A DNA stretch of 60,768 nucleotides, the filler included, from Dugesia japonica (taxonomy: Eukaryota), in assembly GCA_001938525.1 (NCBI GenBank). It is 6 parts of 6 records of this genome, joined end to end, with 100 filler letters (N's around TTAATTAATTAA, not from the genome) between each part and the next. Parts side by side here need not be neighbours in the genome. Positions count along the whole stretch, not along the records: positions 1 to 11,633 come from MQRL01604500.1; positions 11,734 to 21,267 come from MQRL01628219.1; 4 more parts are not named here. The stretch is one strand, 5' to 3'. The position numbers and the translations under genes are program-made. Below, one piece after another: positions 1 to 13,190 of this stretch (positions within the stretch are counted from its first letter, which is position 1; every line of letters starts with the position of its first letter). The notes beneath the pieces are model-generated. The model was given only the letters and a program-made list of their open reading frames with translations, ran no database searches and was not told the DNA's origin.

Positions 1-50
1 ATAATAATAATGATAATAATAATGATAATAATAATGATAATAATAATTAC

Positions 51-3000
51 CTTTTATTTTACTTTCTTTCATTTTTTTCTTCTCATATATGAATTCTACT
101 TGAAACGAATCACTGATTTGTTTAAAACTGTCACATTTTAAAATGCATTCAAGTTTTCCAGTCATTTTGATAATGTCTTTTGGGATATCAAAGGAATATG
201 AATTAAATTGCAATTTACCATTTTCCTAGGGTTTTTATTTGAAATTTAATAAATAATATGAAATAAATTAAATGGAAAAGTTTCATTTTCGATTAATTAA
301 NAAATGATTTTTATATAAATTAGAATTATAACTCTAATTAAATAATTTAATTAAGATTTAATAATGAGTTATTTTAATTGTATACTTACTTGTTTGTTCG
401 AAAATATTCTTGTCTCATTAATTATGATGCTTACTTCTTCAGGATAATCTGAAGATTATATTGATAAATCTCAAATATATTGACTACTAACAAGGAACGT
501 TTTCTTTCAAATTTACAACCAACGTTTTCCAAGGAAATTCACCTACTGGCCTTCCCCAAGATGAAATAAGAAATTTATCACTGATATGTTCACCTTTTAA
601 ACATATAAATTAACTTATTCATTATTTATTTATTAAATTATTTACCTTTATTACGAATAACTGGTGAATAAAAATAAGCCCGTTCGTAAGTGTTTGGATT
701 TTCAATATAAACCTTTATCCGACAATTAACCTTTAATATTTTACAGTCTAAAATTATCCAAAACGTTTTAGAGTAAAATAAAATTAATAAAACCAAAAGA
801 AAAAAAACAAAGCAATACCAAATTCATATTTTTTGTACTTATTATTTTGTAGCTTAACAATTTCGATAAAATCCAATCTGTAATTATTAACCAATCAAAT
901 TCTATTTTTTTAGAATTTTAGTAAAATATTTTTTATTGAAATTCTCTAAAAGAAATTAAACCAATTAATGTGTTTTTATATTAATTTTTAAGTAATTTTA
1001 TTTTAAAAAGTTAGAAACTAATATTAAAGTTATTTTTTTTAAATGATAATTAAAAAAAAATAAAAAGTATAATGTTATTTTATAAAGTTTTTTAAATCAG
1101 TTGTGTAAGTATAGTTTTAGACAGTTAAATTTTTTGATAATTCAACTGAAGTTGTTAACGAAAATAGTTTGATAAATAAAGAAATTAACTTCATGTAATA
1201 CAATTGAAAGATTTTATTGAAAATATTTTGTTAAATATAAAATGTTATAAAATGATTAATTTTTTAAATTTATCATTTTTTGAATATTTTAAAATAATTT
1301 CGGTCAGAATTAAATAAAAAGGTTAGCTAGTTTTAAAAATTTGTTTTAGAAACAAGTTGAAAGTTTGTTTTTATTTTGGTTGTGAAATATCTTAGAATGA
1401 AAAGTGTTCCCTTTTTCAATGCAAAGATGAATGTTACAGATTCATCTAACAAGTTATATATTGTAAATGGTTTGTTTAATAAAATAGAAGTACATTTTTA
1501 TTCATCTCAAAATTATTGATTTCATTTTATGTTATTTATTAATATCGAAAATACAGCAATTAAAATCATTCCGTTAATTATTTTATAAGAATTATAAACA
1601 TTTATGATTTGACTACTGATTAAAATCCTCTAACCCTTAAATAGATAGTGTAGTACAGTTCTGCACAACCAGTAGATTGTGAAACGAGTTTTAATCGATC
1701 TTCTACTACAAACTGAAAATTTTAACTTCTATAAAAAAATGACGTCTTGTTTCGGTTCCACATATTTTGCAGAATCCGCTTTTTGGGCGTGAATATTATT
1801 ATATCGGAAATCAGAAAATTTTTAACTGATATTCATTTCGATCAATGTTTCAAAGTATCTTTGTCTTCATGTAAACCGGATTTTGAAAAAATTGCTAAAT
1901 CAAACAAATGCCAAAGATCATATTTCTTAAATTTTCTTTTTAAAATAATAATTAATTATTAAATTAATTTTTTTTAATTGTTATGTTTTTTATTTTAAAC
2001 TGAAATTAAACTAATTGAAAATCTAAACCCTTTGTATATGACTAGATCTCGAGGTAGTTGAATTTAAAAAGTCCATATTTAATACAAAAAGGTTGGGCAG
2101 GCCTTGTGTAGCATATATACTAGATGGCTATTAAAAATTATTTCAGATCATCTAGTGGGAGTTACCTAAATTAAACTTTGGAGAGAATGTGTAACAACAC
2201 GTGTGCAATATTCATTTCTAATAGATGGCATAGGAAATCCAAAAGTATTGTTTTTTTAATATTCAATTTCTTTTTGAATGATTTTTTCATAGAAAAAATC
2301 TGTCAATGGGATAAACGTTTATTCTTGATATATTTGTATAAAGATTTTATATAAATTTGAAAAGTGATCTATCAATACAGATTCCATTTCCAAATGATAG
2401 TGAAGATCAGTGTTTCTCAACGAAAAACGCACCGCTTACCAATAAATTGTAAAACTACTAAAATTATACCTAGTGGTATTATTTTAAATCTTAGCTACGA
2501 ATACGTTATTTTCGAAACCAAATTTTACATGCGTTACTTGGTAGGGATGCACGAAAGAAACCTACTCTCAGGCAAAGAAATACTTTATAATTTGAGAATT
2601 TGAATAAGTACTTAGCATAAGAATTTACAATTTAATAAGACGTTGAGAATTCGACCTTGAAATTTTCCACTAATCAGAATCGAGTATACTAGTTCACTGA
2701 CCTTGAAATTTGATTAATAAAATTTATTTTAGCAACATGTACGAAATATTCGGATTATGCTTCTAAAATATAAATTTTGTCTATAAAATAGTACCCGAAA
2801 TATAAATTATTTACATAAAAACCAACTACAAAAACACATAATAATATTTAAAAAATCAAGTACAACAAGTTCCTTAGTTTTAACCTTTTTGTTTATTAAC
2901 AAAAGTAAAGTAATTAAATTTTTCCACAGACCACCGGTTGAGAAACAATGGTGGAGATTACGGAAAATTAAAATGTCAAATATCTTTACAACTTAACTAC

Positions 3001-4036
3001 TTTTCGTAATGTAAAATCTATTTTTATGCAAAACGTATGACTATTTAGAATCTATGTATAATTTTTACTTTATAGTTAATATTTATTGGTTTATTTTCTC
3101 TTTTTTATAAAGAAAAAATCATTATTTTTTTAAAGAATAGCCAGATTTAAATTGAGAATTTAATTTTAATTCGATAGATTTCAGAGGTAAATTAAAGCTG
3201 ATTTATTCAAATACGAATATATCAAATTTACAGGGGTTATCTTTATCGTTATTTTTTTATCGCTGTTTTGTTAAAGCGGTCAAAATATTTGGTTAATTCA
3301 CACTTCATTGGAGAATTTATGTAAAAAAGTTATCTGAACTTTCAAAGGTCTAGTTCGATAAAACGATGGGTTATAATTATAATTATTAATTATAATTGGA
3401 ATTGTTTAAGAAAAATAGAAAAATATCTATTTTATGCAATTTTTTTTTGAATTTTAATTTTTTTTCTAATTATATTTATAAGAATTCTATTTGGTCAAAA
3501 TGTGTTTTATTCTTATAATTTGCCCTAATAACTAAAACATTTAGAAGGACTGGAACCCCATAATTTACTACAAATAGTGTTTCTATTAACACTATTTTAA
3601 AAATGCATCGTGAGCGCTAAACGAGGTATGCTTGTATTGATATTCTTTTATTTTGCTTACAAAGTTGTTTGGCAGTTTCAGATATAAAAAATTAATTATT
3701 AAAATTCTTAAATAAATTACGTTATTAAGTCATTATTAATGATTCCTTTGAGTTCTCCATCGTTATTTTGAAGAATATAATCTCTTGATGAATATAATTG
3801 AAGATATTTGTGTTTGTCTTCATCTCGGAAGTTAATAAGAGATAACCTAATTATCCATCCATAATAATCATTGAGTTTCTTAATTAAAAATAATTATTTA
3901 TTTAGGTTTTACAAATGAAAATGATTAAGTATTTACATAAAATCCAAAATCTCTTAAATTGAAAAATGAATGCTTATTATCGAGGATCTCTTTAAAGTAT
4001 CTATATCTTACTAACTGATAAAACATAGAAATGAAC
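51..4036 (-). CDS. Partial multi-exon gene, protein of unknown function (5' and 3' ends not defined)
   Basis: Seven stop-free, phase-compatible exons with GT..AG introns: 4036-3937, 3878-3721, 877-819, 747-646, 593-492, 448-390, 225-51 (short introns 58, 71, 52, 43 nt). Peptide: FISMFYQLVRYRYFKEILDNKHSFF...KFLISSWGRPVGEFPWKTLVVNL...KLECILKCDSFKQ. The join across the 2.8-kb intron (878-3720) is inferred from phase only. Confidence 0.7.
2408..2950. mobile_element. hAT-type MITE
   Basis: TIRs CAGTGTTTCTCAAC / GTTGAGAAACAATG with an 8-bp TSD GTGAAGAT / GTGGAGAT (7/8 match). Confidence 0.8.
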
Positions 4037-5206
4037 CTTAATAAAATAATATATTAATTAACGAAATCTGTATTAAATAATCAGAGAAATAATAAATAAA
4101 CATGATAATAATAATGATAATAATATACAGTAATAACAATATTAATCATAATAATTTAATTAATTTAATTAATTAATTAATTATTATTAATAATTATTTA
4201 TAATGGATTCTACTTTAAAGTTTAAAATGAAAAATTTTAAACAAGTGAATTCGATATATAAAAACAAGTAGAAATCATAATCATTACTGGAGAATTGTCT
4301 TTTATAGAATTTATTTAAAATGAACTTTTTTATTAGTGGGCTTCTGTTAATTTAATTTAGTAAAATATTTAAATTGATCTTTAATATTCTTAAAAAATGG
4401 AATAAAATAATTTTCAAAAATTTTAATTAATTTCGGATATCGTAGAGATTATGTAAAGTGTTTTTATTTTTGTTTTTTTTAAATTTTTTTAGTTCTATAT
4501 TGAACATATTTATTGTTAATTCCGAGTTTAATAAAATTTCTATAATAATAATAATACAAGAGATAGAATAATTCATTACTGGATTCTTTGTTGATTTCTC
4601 TTGATAATTTACGTTTCTACCAGTTACTAAAAACATTCAAATCTATTTAAATCTTATAGAAAATACAAAATTCTATGGTTTCCGCTATTAAAACAGGGCA
4701 TAGAAACTTAATTGAATGCTTTATGAATTCTCCTAATCCAGTTATGCATCAAATGTTTCAAAATATTTAATTATAAATTAATAAAAATAATAATAAAATA
4801 AAAGCCCACTGAAGACATCGTAAAATGTTGTTTTTTTTAATTCTAATAAGTTTCACATATTTCTTTGAATTTCTAATCTTTTTTTTAAGATTTAAATAAT
4901 TTTTACAAATACAAATATTAATTATCGCATTTTTTTATTATTTTAATTAATTAAAAAAGCGTAAATCAAAAAAAGATTTTATTTAATTTCTTTTTAGAAA
5001 TTCTATTCTTTGAAGACAACTATTGTGGAAAATTAAGATATCTCTAACAAGAAATTAGGGAAAATCCATTTTGGATATACGGTTTTTAAATTATAGAAAT
5101 AACATGAGTATTTTTTAAAAATTTATTAAAATTTTATTGGTTTATTTAAATAAAATATAAACAGTTCTGTAACAATATTCAAATTTCTGAATCTATCAAA
5201 GTCATC

Positions 5207-5244
5207 ATATTTCTGAAGATAACAATTGTCGAAAATTTAAATAT
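5207..5244 (+). ncRNA. Minimal type I hammerhead ribozyme motif (Penelope-associated), stem II mutated
   Basis: atattt-CTGAAGA-T-AAC-AATT-GTC-GAA-AATT-T-aaatat; 6-bp stem I, palindromic stem III; followed by the family motif TTTGATCGAAGCT. Confidence 0.55.
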
Positions 5245-5764
5245 CTGTTAAACAACAATTTAATTTGATCGAAGCTATTACTTTATTTTAATGGAATCTC
5301 AAATGCGATAAATTGTTATGTCCAAGAATTATTCTTGCAATAATTGAAATCATACAAAATATTTTCCGAGAAGAATTTTTATGGTTTCTAAGAACTTATA
5401 AATTAATTTTATTGCAAGAATAATTGCAAGGCATAACCATTGATCGTTTTACAAATTCGATCAAACATGTTTTTTTGTTTTATATAGTATTTCAAATTTT
5501 TGACTTTGTCTTAGTCAGGAATTTGCTTTTTTGTGTTGTTTTTGATTTTCATTTAAAAAAATAATTAAAAGAATAAATGTAGGAATATATTAATTGTACA
5601 GTNNNNNNNNNNNNNNNNNNNNNNNNNNNNNNNNNNNNNNNNNNNNNNNNNNTTTTATGGTTTCTAAGAACTTATAAATTAATTTTATTGCAAGAATAAT
5701 TGCAAGGCATAACCATTGATCGTTTTTCAAATTCGATCAAACATGTTTTTTTGTTTATATAGTA

Positions 5765-5900
5765 TTTCAAATTTTCGACTTTGTCTTAGTCAGGAATTCG
5801 CTTTTTCCTGGAATTGACTCAGTTCCTGACAAAGACAAAGTCGAAAATTTAAAATTCTAACAAAAATAAAAAAATCTATTTGATCGAAGCTTTTACTTTA
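5765..5900. repeat. Inverted pair of degenerate hammerhead motifs (Penelope-like termini)
   Basis: TTTCGACTTTGTCTTAGTCAGG (minus) and CCTGACAAAGACAAAGTCGAAA (plus) about 30 bp apart; both have G8 mutated. Confidence 0.6.
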
Positions 5901-6128
5901 ATGAAAATATAAATTAGTTTATACTTCATGGTATTATTTTGTGTTGTTTTTGATTTTCATTTAAAAAAATAATTAAAAGAATAAATGTAGGAATATATTA
6001 ATTGTACAGTTAAATCTAATGAGGTTTGACCTTAAATTTCTAAAATATTAAAAATAAATTAAAATAAATATAGAAGGTATGATAAAACATTTGTAATATT
6101 TGTTTTAATTGTATTTATTTTTGTGTTA

Positions 6129-6802
6129 CCCTAAAGTCTCCACACACCAGTGTATAAGTCACACTACTATATTTATAAACTTTCTCTTCTTATTCTGAAC
6201 ATAACCCGATTGTCATGGTAATAAACTACGTATTACATAATAAGTCTTTTTTTTAAAAAATAGATTTTAGAATTTATAAATCGTTCAAAAATAAATTAAG
6301 AAATCTTTGGGAAGATTGGATGATTGCTGGATATCATTCTTATTCGAAAGGTGGCAACGTATATTAAGGGTTTTCAATGGATTAAGCAAGTGTGTGATTG
6401 TATAACTTCAGAGTGTATAAAAATGGTTTCAGAAAAACAATTGTTGAATTTTATGGTGAAGTTACAAGTTAGGCTTTCTAAAGTATTGAAAGTATTGATG
6501 AAAGTAATTTAAATCAATCTGAAGTTCTCGAAGATTTGATTGAAATTTAAATTATATTGATATAGAAACGGATGAAAATATTAGCGGATTTAATTGAATA
6601 AACCTTTTTATTGACTATATTTTACAATTATACATGAAATCTCAATACGACCGTTATTGATGTCCTTTTGCGCAATAAATTATTGACTACGTTAACGTTT
6701 TTGATTGCATAACCCGCCTCTCATGAATAACCCGCACAATACTTTTTCAGATGAAAAGAGTTTTTGTTATAAAGACCGCGGGTTATCTTGGAGAATTTAG
6801 GG
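6129..6802 (+). mobile_element. Internally deleted pogo/Tc2-like DNA transposon
   Basis: TIRs CCCTAAAGTCTCCA / TGGAGAATTTAGGG with TA on the left. Internal remnant (with frameshifts) EDWMIAGYHSYSKGGN...WIKQVCDCITSECIK..GFRK resembles a pogo transposase C-terminus. Confidence 0.65.
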
Positions 6803-8589
6803 TGAATTTATAGACGTTTTAAAAAATAAAATCAGAAATCTTTTAATCTGATAATTACAAAAGTTTGTATTGAAAATTGATAAATTTTTTTAATCTATTT
6901 AATTTCTTTAAAAAAGCAAAATTATTTTTATTTAATTGATTTTAATAAATTTATGGAGTTTAAATGTATTTTAAATCGTACTATGAGCCATTCAGACTCA
7001 CATAACAATAATGATTATTTTCTTATTAATAAAGTCAACAGAAATCATAAAAAACTTTTTAAAAAAATCGGTTAAAAAATGTCTGTCTCTGTTTTGAGTG
7101 GTTACCGTTCCAACATTGTTCAAATAAGTGCAACAAACGTTAATTAATGCATTCTTGAAAGAAGAATTCTTTTAAAACCAAATATAGTAAAATATTAAAA
7201 CATTCAACTACTTAAATTCAAATTATTAGTTAAATTTAAAGTCTCACAAGTCTCCATAAATTGTTTATTGATTATTATTAGTCTTTTCTTGAAAATAAAA
7301 ATATGAAATAACAATTCACAAATTTCTAACAAATACTCTGAGAAATCTTAATAAAATACTTTTCAAAAATATTGGTTTTTTAAATTCCAAAATAAATATT
7401 TTTAAACCTCATTTTAGAAAATAATTTTATAATTTTAACACCATGTAAAATTTTAACTTTAATTTAAAATATTTTTGTTTTACATATATATTTATTTTTT
7501 TTTCAACCTTATAATTTTTAAAATTTTATATTTTAAAAATTTCAAAAAANNNNNNNNNNNNNNNNNNNNNNNNNNNNNNNNNNNNNNNNACATCCGAAAT
7601 TCATGAATCGATACTCACATAAATAATAATTTATATTATTAATTTATGTTTAATTTATATATAATTAATATGTATAAAGTAGACAGGCATTTTAAGGTTT
7701 GATAAATAAAATTTTCTTTTCAAAAATAAGAGTGTGTAAAAACAGTTTAATTAGGGTGAAGTAAAATATTTGAATTTGTTTTGTTTTAATGTTAAACATA
7801 AAAGTTGTTTGAGTTTTATTTTCAGTTTTGATTAATGATAAAATATCTTATTATTAATTCAGTGATCAAAATCGTAAAATAATAATCTGTCGCATTATGT
7901 ATTATAACTGAAAAGTTTAAAAATTCCATAACAGTCTGTAAAGTACACAAAACTTAAAAAAATTTTATTTATTTATTTTAAATTATTTTGGAGATATAGA
8001 TAATTTGTATTTGAATTTTTCAAATTTTTAAAAATTAAAATTTATATTAATTTTTATCACTCGCGTGTTCCGACAAAATTGCATACATACGTTGGAAATT
8101 ATGTATTTAGATTTTTTTATTCTCCTCTTTCAATACTTCTGAAATGCTCAAAGTTTCAAATATTCATAACTCTTACATATTTATAAGAGATTAATCTTAA
8201 ATTCCATCTAATTTCTATTTAAAAGAAATTCGAATTTAATTTTTCTACATTGACAATAATATAAATTTGAAATTATTAGTAATTTATGTGGTTAAGTAAA
8301 CAACATTTTTCATTGATTTTTAATGAAATAATTAAACAATTAATTTTTCAAAGTTTTTTTCAGAAATTACCAGAATGTATTTAAATTCTAAAATAAACAA
8401 AATGGTGAAAAAACAAAAGTTGAATTTTGTTTACAAAAGTTTTGTCTAAATGGAAAGAAATTCAGAATTTAACCATAGAAATATATAACTGATTTTAAAA
8501 GTAAAATATCATCAGGAATATTTTTATAAATTCTACAGAACAAATTATTTAATATTAAAATGTAAACCCATTATTGCCTAAAATAAAAT

Positions 8590-8950
8590 TTTACATTTAG
8601 TCTTCGTCAGGGATTGACTATTTTGATTTAGACAAGTATTTTTTTGAATTAATTTAATTTACTGAATTTCGTTATTTTTTTTAATTATTTAATTATAAAT
8701 TACACTGTTTTATATTTACCTTTAAATAGTAATTCGTCATGTTTTTCCCTATAAAGTTTGAAAATGTAGTGTGTTTCTAGTGTTTTCCATGTTATATGAT
8801 GATGTTCTGTTGAAATATTATGTGTGCTAAAAGTATTTGAAGACTTCACTTTCTTTTTGCTTGAGATGTTCTTTAATCATTGTTTAGAATTTTTTATTAT
8901 ATATTGCATAATTTGACTACATTTTTCATTACAAGAAGGTAATTTAAAAA
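8590..8950 (-). mobile_element. Penelope-like element 3' remnant
   Basis: Minus-strand IKEHLKQKESEVFKYF matches the GIY-YIG tail at 53720-53890; truncated CTGACGAAGAC hammerhead half near 8600-8612. Confidence 0.6.
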
Positions 8951-10559
8951 CTGTTTGATTTTGGTTAGATTTTATTATATTTTGTTTTCAAAGAAAAATA
9001 TTTTGTATAATTTTCATTTGGATAGCCGTTATTTAGGAATTTATTTTTTAAAAACAGGAAAAAATTCATTTTATTTATTCATTTAAAGATATTCTCTTAG
9101 CTCAAATTCATTCACCTTTAATTATACAAATTTCTTGCCTGATGGTAGTATATGTCAGTAGATAGATAGTGGCAGTCAACCTCAGCACACATTCAGTAGA
9201 ACCCCCCCCCGCCCCTTTAAGTAATCGGATTATTACATAACTGAGGTTGTATTTTTCTAATGTAAATAGGCGGTGGCACACATTTGTGTGGGTTACATAA
9301 TGTTATTAATCTTGTCGTGAGATTATTACGTAAGAAAGGTTACTTTTTTCTTGTGTATTTAGTTGGGAAAATATTTTGCACACAAATTATGTCTTGAGAT
9401 TAATTTCATCGTCGAGATTTTTACGTAATAGGATTAAGAGAGGTTACTTTTTTCCTGTGTATTTAGTTGGNNNNNNNNNNNNNNNNNNNNNNNNNNNNNN
9501 NNNNNNNNNNNNNNNNNNNNNNNNNNNNNNNNNNNNNNNNNNNNNNNNNNNNNNNNNNNNNNNNNNNNNNNNNNNNNNNNNNNNNNNNNNNNNNNNNNNN
9601 NNNNNNNNNNNNNNNNNNNNNNNNNNNNNNNNNNNNNNNNNNNNNNNNNNNNNNNNNNNNNNNNNNNNNNNNNNNNNNNNNNNNNNNNTATCGAGATTTT
9701 TACATGAATCGATGGAGAATTCGATGAAGATTATTTTTCACAAATAAAAATTTTTCGAAAAAGTTATTTCTCATCTTTACATAAAATAATTATATCTATG
9801 AGATAGAGGAATTTTTGCTGATTCCAAATATGTTAATCTAAAGTCGTCAAAGTTAATACTTGATGAATTGAATAGGGTTTTGTGGTGAAAATTCTCAAAA
9901 CTCAGAGTTTAGATCTCAGACCTCTGTGCACAGAGAACTGCTATCGATTCAAATTTNNNNNCATTTTACTCATGATGAAAAAGTCACTATGCAAAGTTAA
10001 AATATCGTCTCGATAAAAATGCTTCCTAACGAAGATATTCAGCTGTCCTTTCGGATTAGGTAATTTTTTTCGAAATTTAAAAATGTATCTCAAAATTGGT
10101 CAACAAGGTATGTATTCAATAGAGAATCTTTCACTGGTTCCAAATATGTAAATATATACTCACCAAACCGTATAGATAAAACGTTATGTGGAAAAACATG
10201 TACTTAATTTTGGGAGTCCGGGATGGAATTATGAATTTTGGAAAGGGTAACTCAAATTCGAACATCAAGGTATCAATTAGATAGAGAATTTAAAGTTGGG
10301 TAGGAAAAACGTTGTTAGAAATCAAGAAATCTTATGCATAAAAAGTTATAGAGAAACAAATACTTTATTTGGTAGTCTCCGAGGAACTTATTAAATAATA
10401 AAAACACCCTGTAAAAAACTAAATAATTAGATAAAGTCATTTTCAAAGTAACGATTTATTTAATAAAAATCTGATCAATTCATTTGAGTTTGATTATTGA
10501 ACTGTTTGAAAATACTGAAAAAATTAANNNNNNNNNNNNNNNNNNNNAAATTTAATAAA

Positions 10560-11260
10560 TAAAAAACTCGGGAATGGTTAAAATGTTTAATTTTTTGGAA
10601 GATTTAGTATATTATATACTCTGTTTGTGTAATTTTGACCAATTATTTACTTGGTTTATTAATAAAGGTCAATTATATTCATGGTTTGGGTAATGTTAGT
10701 AAATTATTTACCCACACGGATTATTTTTAGGCGAATTTGGTCAATTATTTACTTGATAATAGTTAGTTTGGGTAATTTTAGGGTAAATCGGTAAATTATT
10801 TTCTCGGAATGGTTAACTTGGTTATTTTTTAAAAGATTTAGTGTATTATATACTCGGTTTAAGTGATATTGATCAATTATATTCACGGTTTGTGTATTGT
10901 TGGTCAATTATTTACTCAGTATGGGTAAAATTGATAATTTATTTGCTTACAAGGATATTTTATTAGTAAATTTGGTCAATTATTTCCTTAGTAATGGTCA
11001 ATTTGAGTAATTTTAGGATAAATCGGTCAATTATTTACNNNNNNNNNNNNNNNNNNNNNNNNNNNNNNNNNNNNNNNNNNNNNNNNNNTAGTTTTGAACG
11101 ATTTGGAAAAACTTTACTTACAGTGGTCATAATTTAGTTGACAGTGGTAAGACCCTTATGGTTTGGTCAATTATATATTCACAAGGGTAATTTTTCGATG
11201 ATTTGGGGTAATAATTTTCTTGGTAAGGGTAATTTGGTCAATTATGTTATTTAAATTGGT
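10560..11260. repeat. Degenerate tandem repeat, unit about 30 bp (core GGTCAATTATTTAC)
   Basis: Core recurs many times at roughly regular spacing. Confidence 0.6.
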
Positions 11261-11633
11261 TAGTCTCATATGATAGAAATACAAGTTGCTCCCAGGTATA
11301 ATAAACATTAGTTGAACTTAAATAATAAAATGATAATAAATTTTATGTTTTAGAAAACTTTAATTTCAATTAGATATTTCATCAACAAATTTGATTATAG
11401 TTAATTAGGGGCAATTATTGCTTATTTTTAGTATATTCAGTTAGTTTTAAATGATTTTAGTTGAAAACGTTTCTCACTGATATCAATTTTCAGTCNNNNN
11501 NNNNNNNNNNNNTAAGACATTTCCTAGTAATAATCTATTTTGATAAGGAAATTTCATTGAAAAGGGTCAAATTAAAATTTCAACATTAGTCGCTCCCATT
11601 GAATTTTAACACTTATAGTTATAAGATGATAAA

Positions 11634-11733
11634 NNNNNNNNNNNNNNNNNNNNNNNNNNNNNNNNNNNNNNNNNNNNTTAATTAATTAANNNNNNNNNNN
11701 NNNNNNNNNNNNNNNNNNNNNNNNNNNNNNNNN
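11634..11733. other. Artificial scaffold-joining spacer
   Basis: 44 N + TTAATTAATTAA (stop in all six frames) + 44 N. Confidence 0.95.
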
Positions 11734-11786
11734 GGTAATTTTTTGTTAACGAAAAAGAAAACTGCAACGGTTTCCGGCTTAATTAG

Positions 11787-12226
11787 AATATGAAATATTA
11801 TGGAGGAACTCTCGAGTCACTGCTGAACACGGAGGAAATGAACATTATGACATTGTGCTTGTTCCGGATCGGTATTCAAATTACGTTAGTTTTATTGATT
11901 GTGCTAATTACTAAATTAATGTAACACAAGTGAAATTTAACTAGTATAATATATTTTTCACTCTTTAAGTTCTTTTAATTTTTTTGATTAATTGAATTAA
12001 CTATAACTTAATAGCGAATTATAATTAATTCACTAGATAATGCGACTCACCAAGTAGAAACTGGTAAATTAAGAATTAATAATAAAAGAACTAATAAGCA
12101 TGTCTCAAAAAATCGAGCTAGTATGATGGAAGACGAACCCAAACCAAAGGAGTGCGAGTCTGTACTCGAGTTTTGAGTCAACGGCTCTATTCCGAAGATC
12201 TGGACTTTTGGGGACGCCCTAGATAA
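11787..12226 (+). CDS. Possible last two exons of an unknown gene
   Basis: Relatively GC-rich segments 11787-11884 (TAG / GTTAGT borders) and 12122-12226 join in phase 0: YEILWRNSRVTAEHGGNEHYDIVLVPDRYSNY-YDGRRTQTKGVRVCTRVLSQRLYSEDLDFWGRPR*. Confidence 0.35.
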
Positions 12227-12229
12227 AAT

Positions 12230-13190
12230 CCCAACAATATTTTATTAAAATTACTATTTTACACCTATAAAAGTTTTTAATTTTATATTATATTAAAATT
12301 ATTTTCTTTGAAATTGATTCAAAACCTATAAAATAATAAAAATTGAAAATTATTTTAGAAGCTACAATACAAAACCTGTAACAAAAACATGAAAATATAT
12401 TAATGTTTTCTCCAAAAATTGAAAACATATTTTATATCTAAAAGATTTTAAAAGTTTTAATTTATTTAGTCGAAAGAGCTGTCTGTACATTAGTGCTTGG
12501 ATTATGAAATCTAATCATTAATGTTTCATACATAAATCTCTCCCAATAATTCTTAAATTGCTTAGGCAAAATTTTAAAATTTGAAATTTCAACATTCGCG
12601 TTACACTTACTTTTATTTTTGATTTTATTCTCAGCAATATTACCACCACCACCAAAAAGAGTATGCTCTTGAACCCTTGTACAGAAATGCCGGGTAGTCT
12701 CTCCCATGTATGTGGCATCACACCCATTACATTTAAATTGATAAACAAGGTTAGAACACAAACCAATAGGTATATGGAATTTATTAACAGAGCTTTTAAT
12801 AATCTTATGTGAAGTAGAAACAATTTTTAATTAAGGATGATTCTTATCAGCTTTCAGTATCGAATTATTAAACTTTTTGAAACCTTTAGAATAAGGATTT
12901 GTGTTTACCAATTTAAATGTAATGGGTGGGATGTACACACAGCTCTTTCGACTAAATAAATTAAAACTTTTAAAATCTTTTAGATATAAAATTTGTTTTC
13001 AATTTTTGGAGAAAACATTAATATATTTTCATGTTTTTTACAGGTTTTGTATTGTAGTTTCTAAAATAATTTTCAATTTTTATTATTTTATATTTTTTGA
13101 ATCAATTTTAAAGAAAATATTTTTAATATAATATAAAATTAAAAACTTTTATAGGTGTAAAACAGTAATATTAATAAAATATTATTATAG
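12230..13190 (-). mobile_element. Penelope-like retroelement fragment (GIY-YIG endonuclease) with inverted 3' duplication
   Basis: ORF 12462-12761: LVYQFKCNGCDATYMGETTRHFCTRVQEH. 12230-12482 is the reverse complement of 12939-13190; a partial third copy lies at about 13944-14085. Confidence 0.8.

Noticed and set aside
5376-6011. Tandem duplication around the gap at 5603-5652
   Set aside because: Near-identical sequence on both sides of a short gap is typical of unmerged contig overlap or haplotypes; the same is seen at 56873-57060.
9376-9747. Long ORFs spanning N runs (also 18960, 21913, 25188, 33007, 38647)
   Set aside because: Their length comes from Ns.
11678-11689. TTAATTAATTAA as a biological motif or CRISPR-like repeat
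   Set aside because: Always centred in exactly 44+44 N, so it is a synthetic linker.
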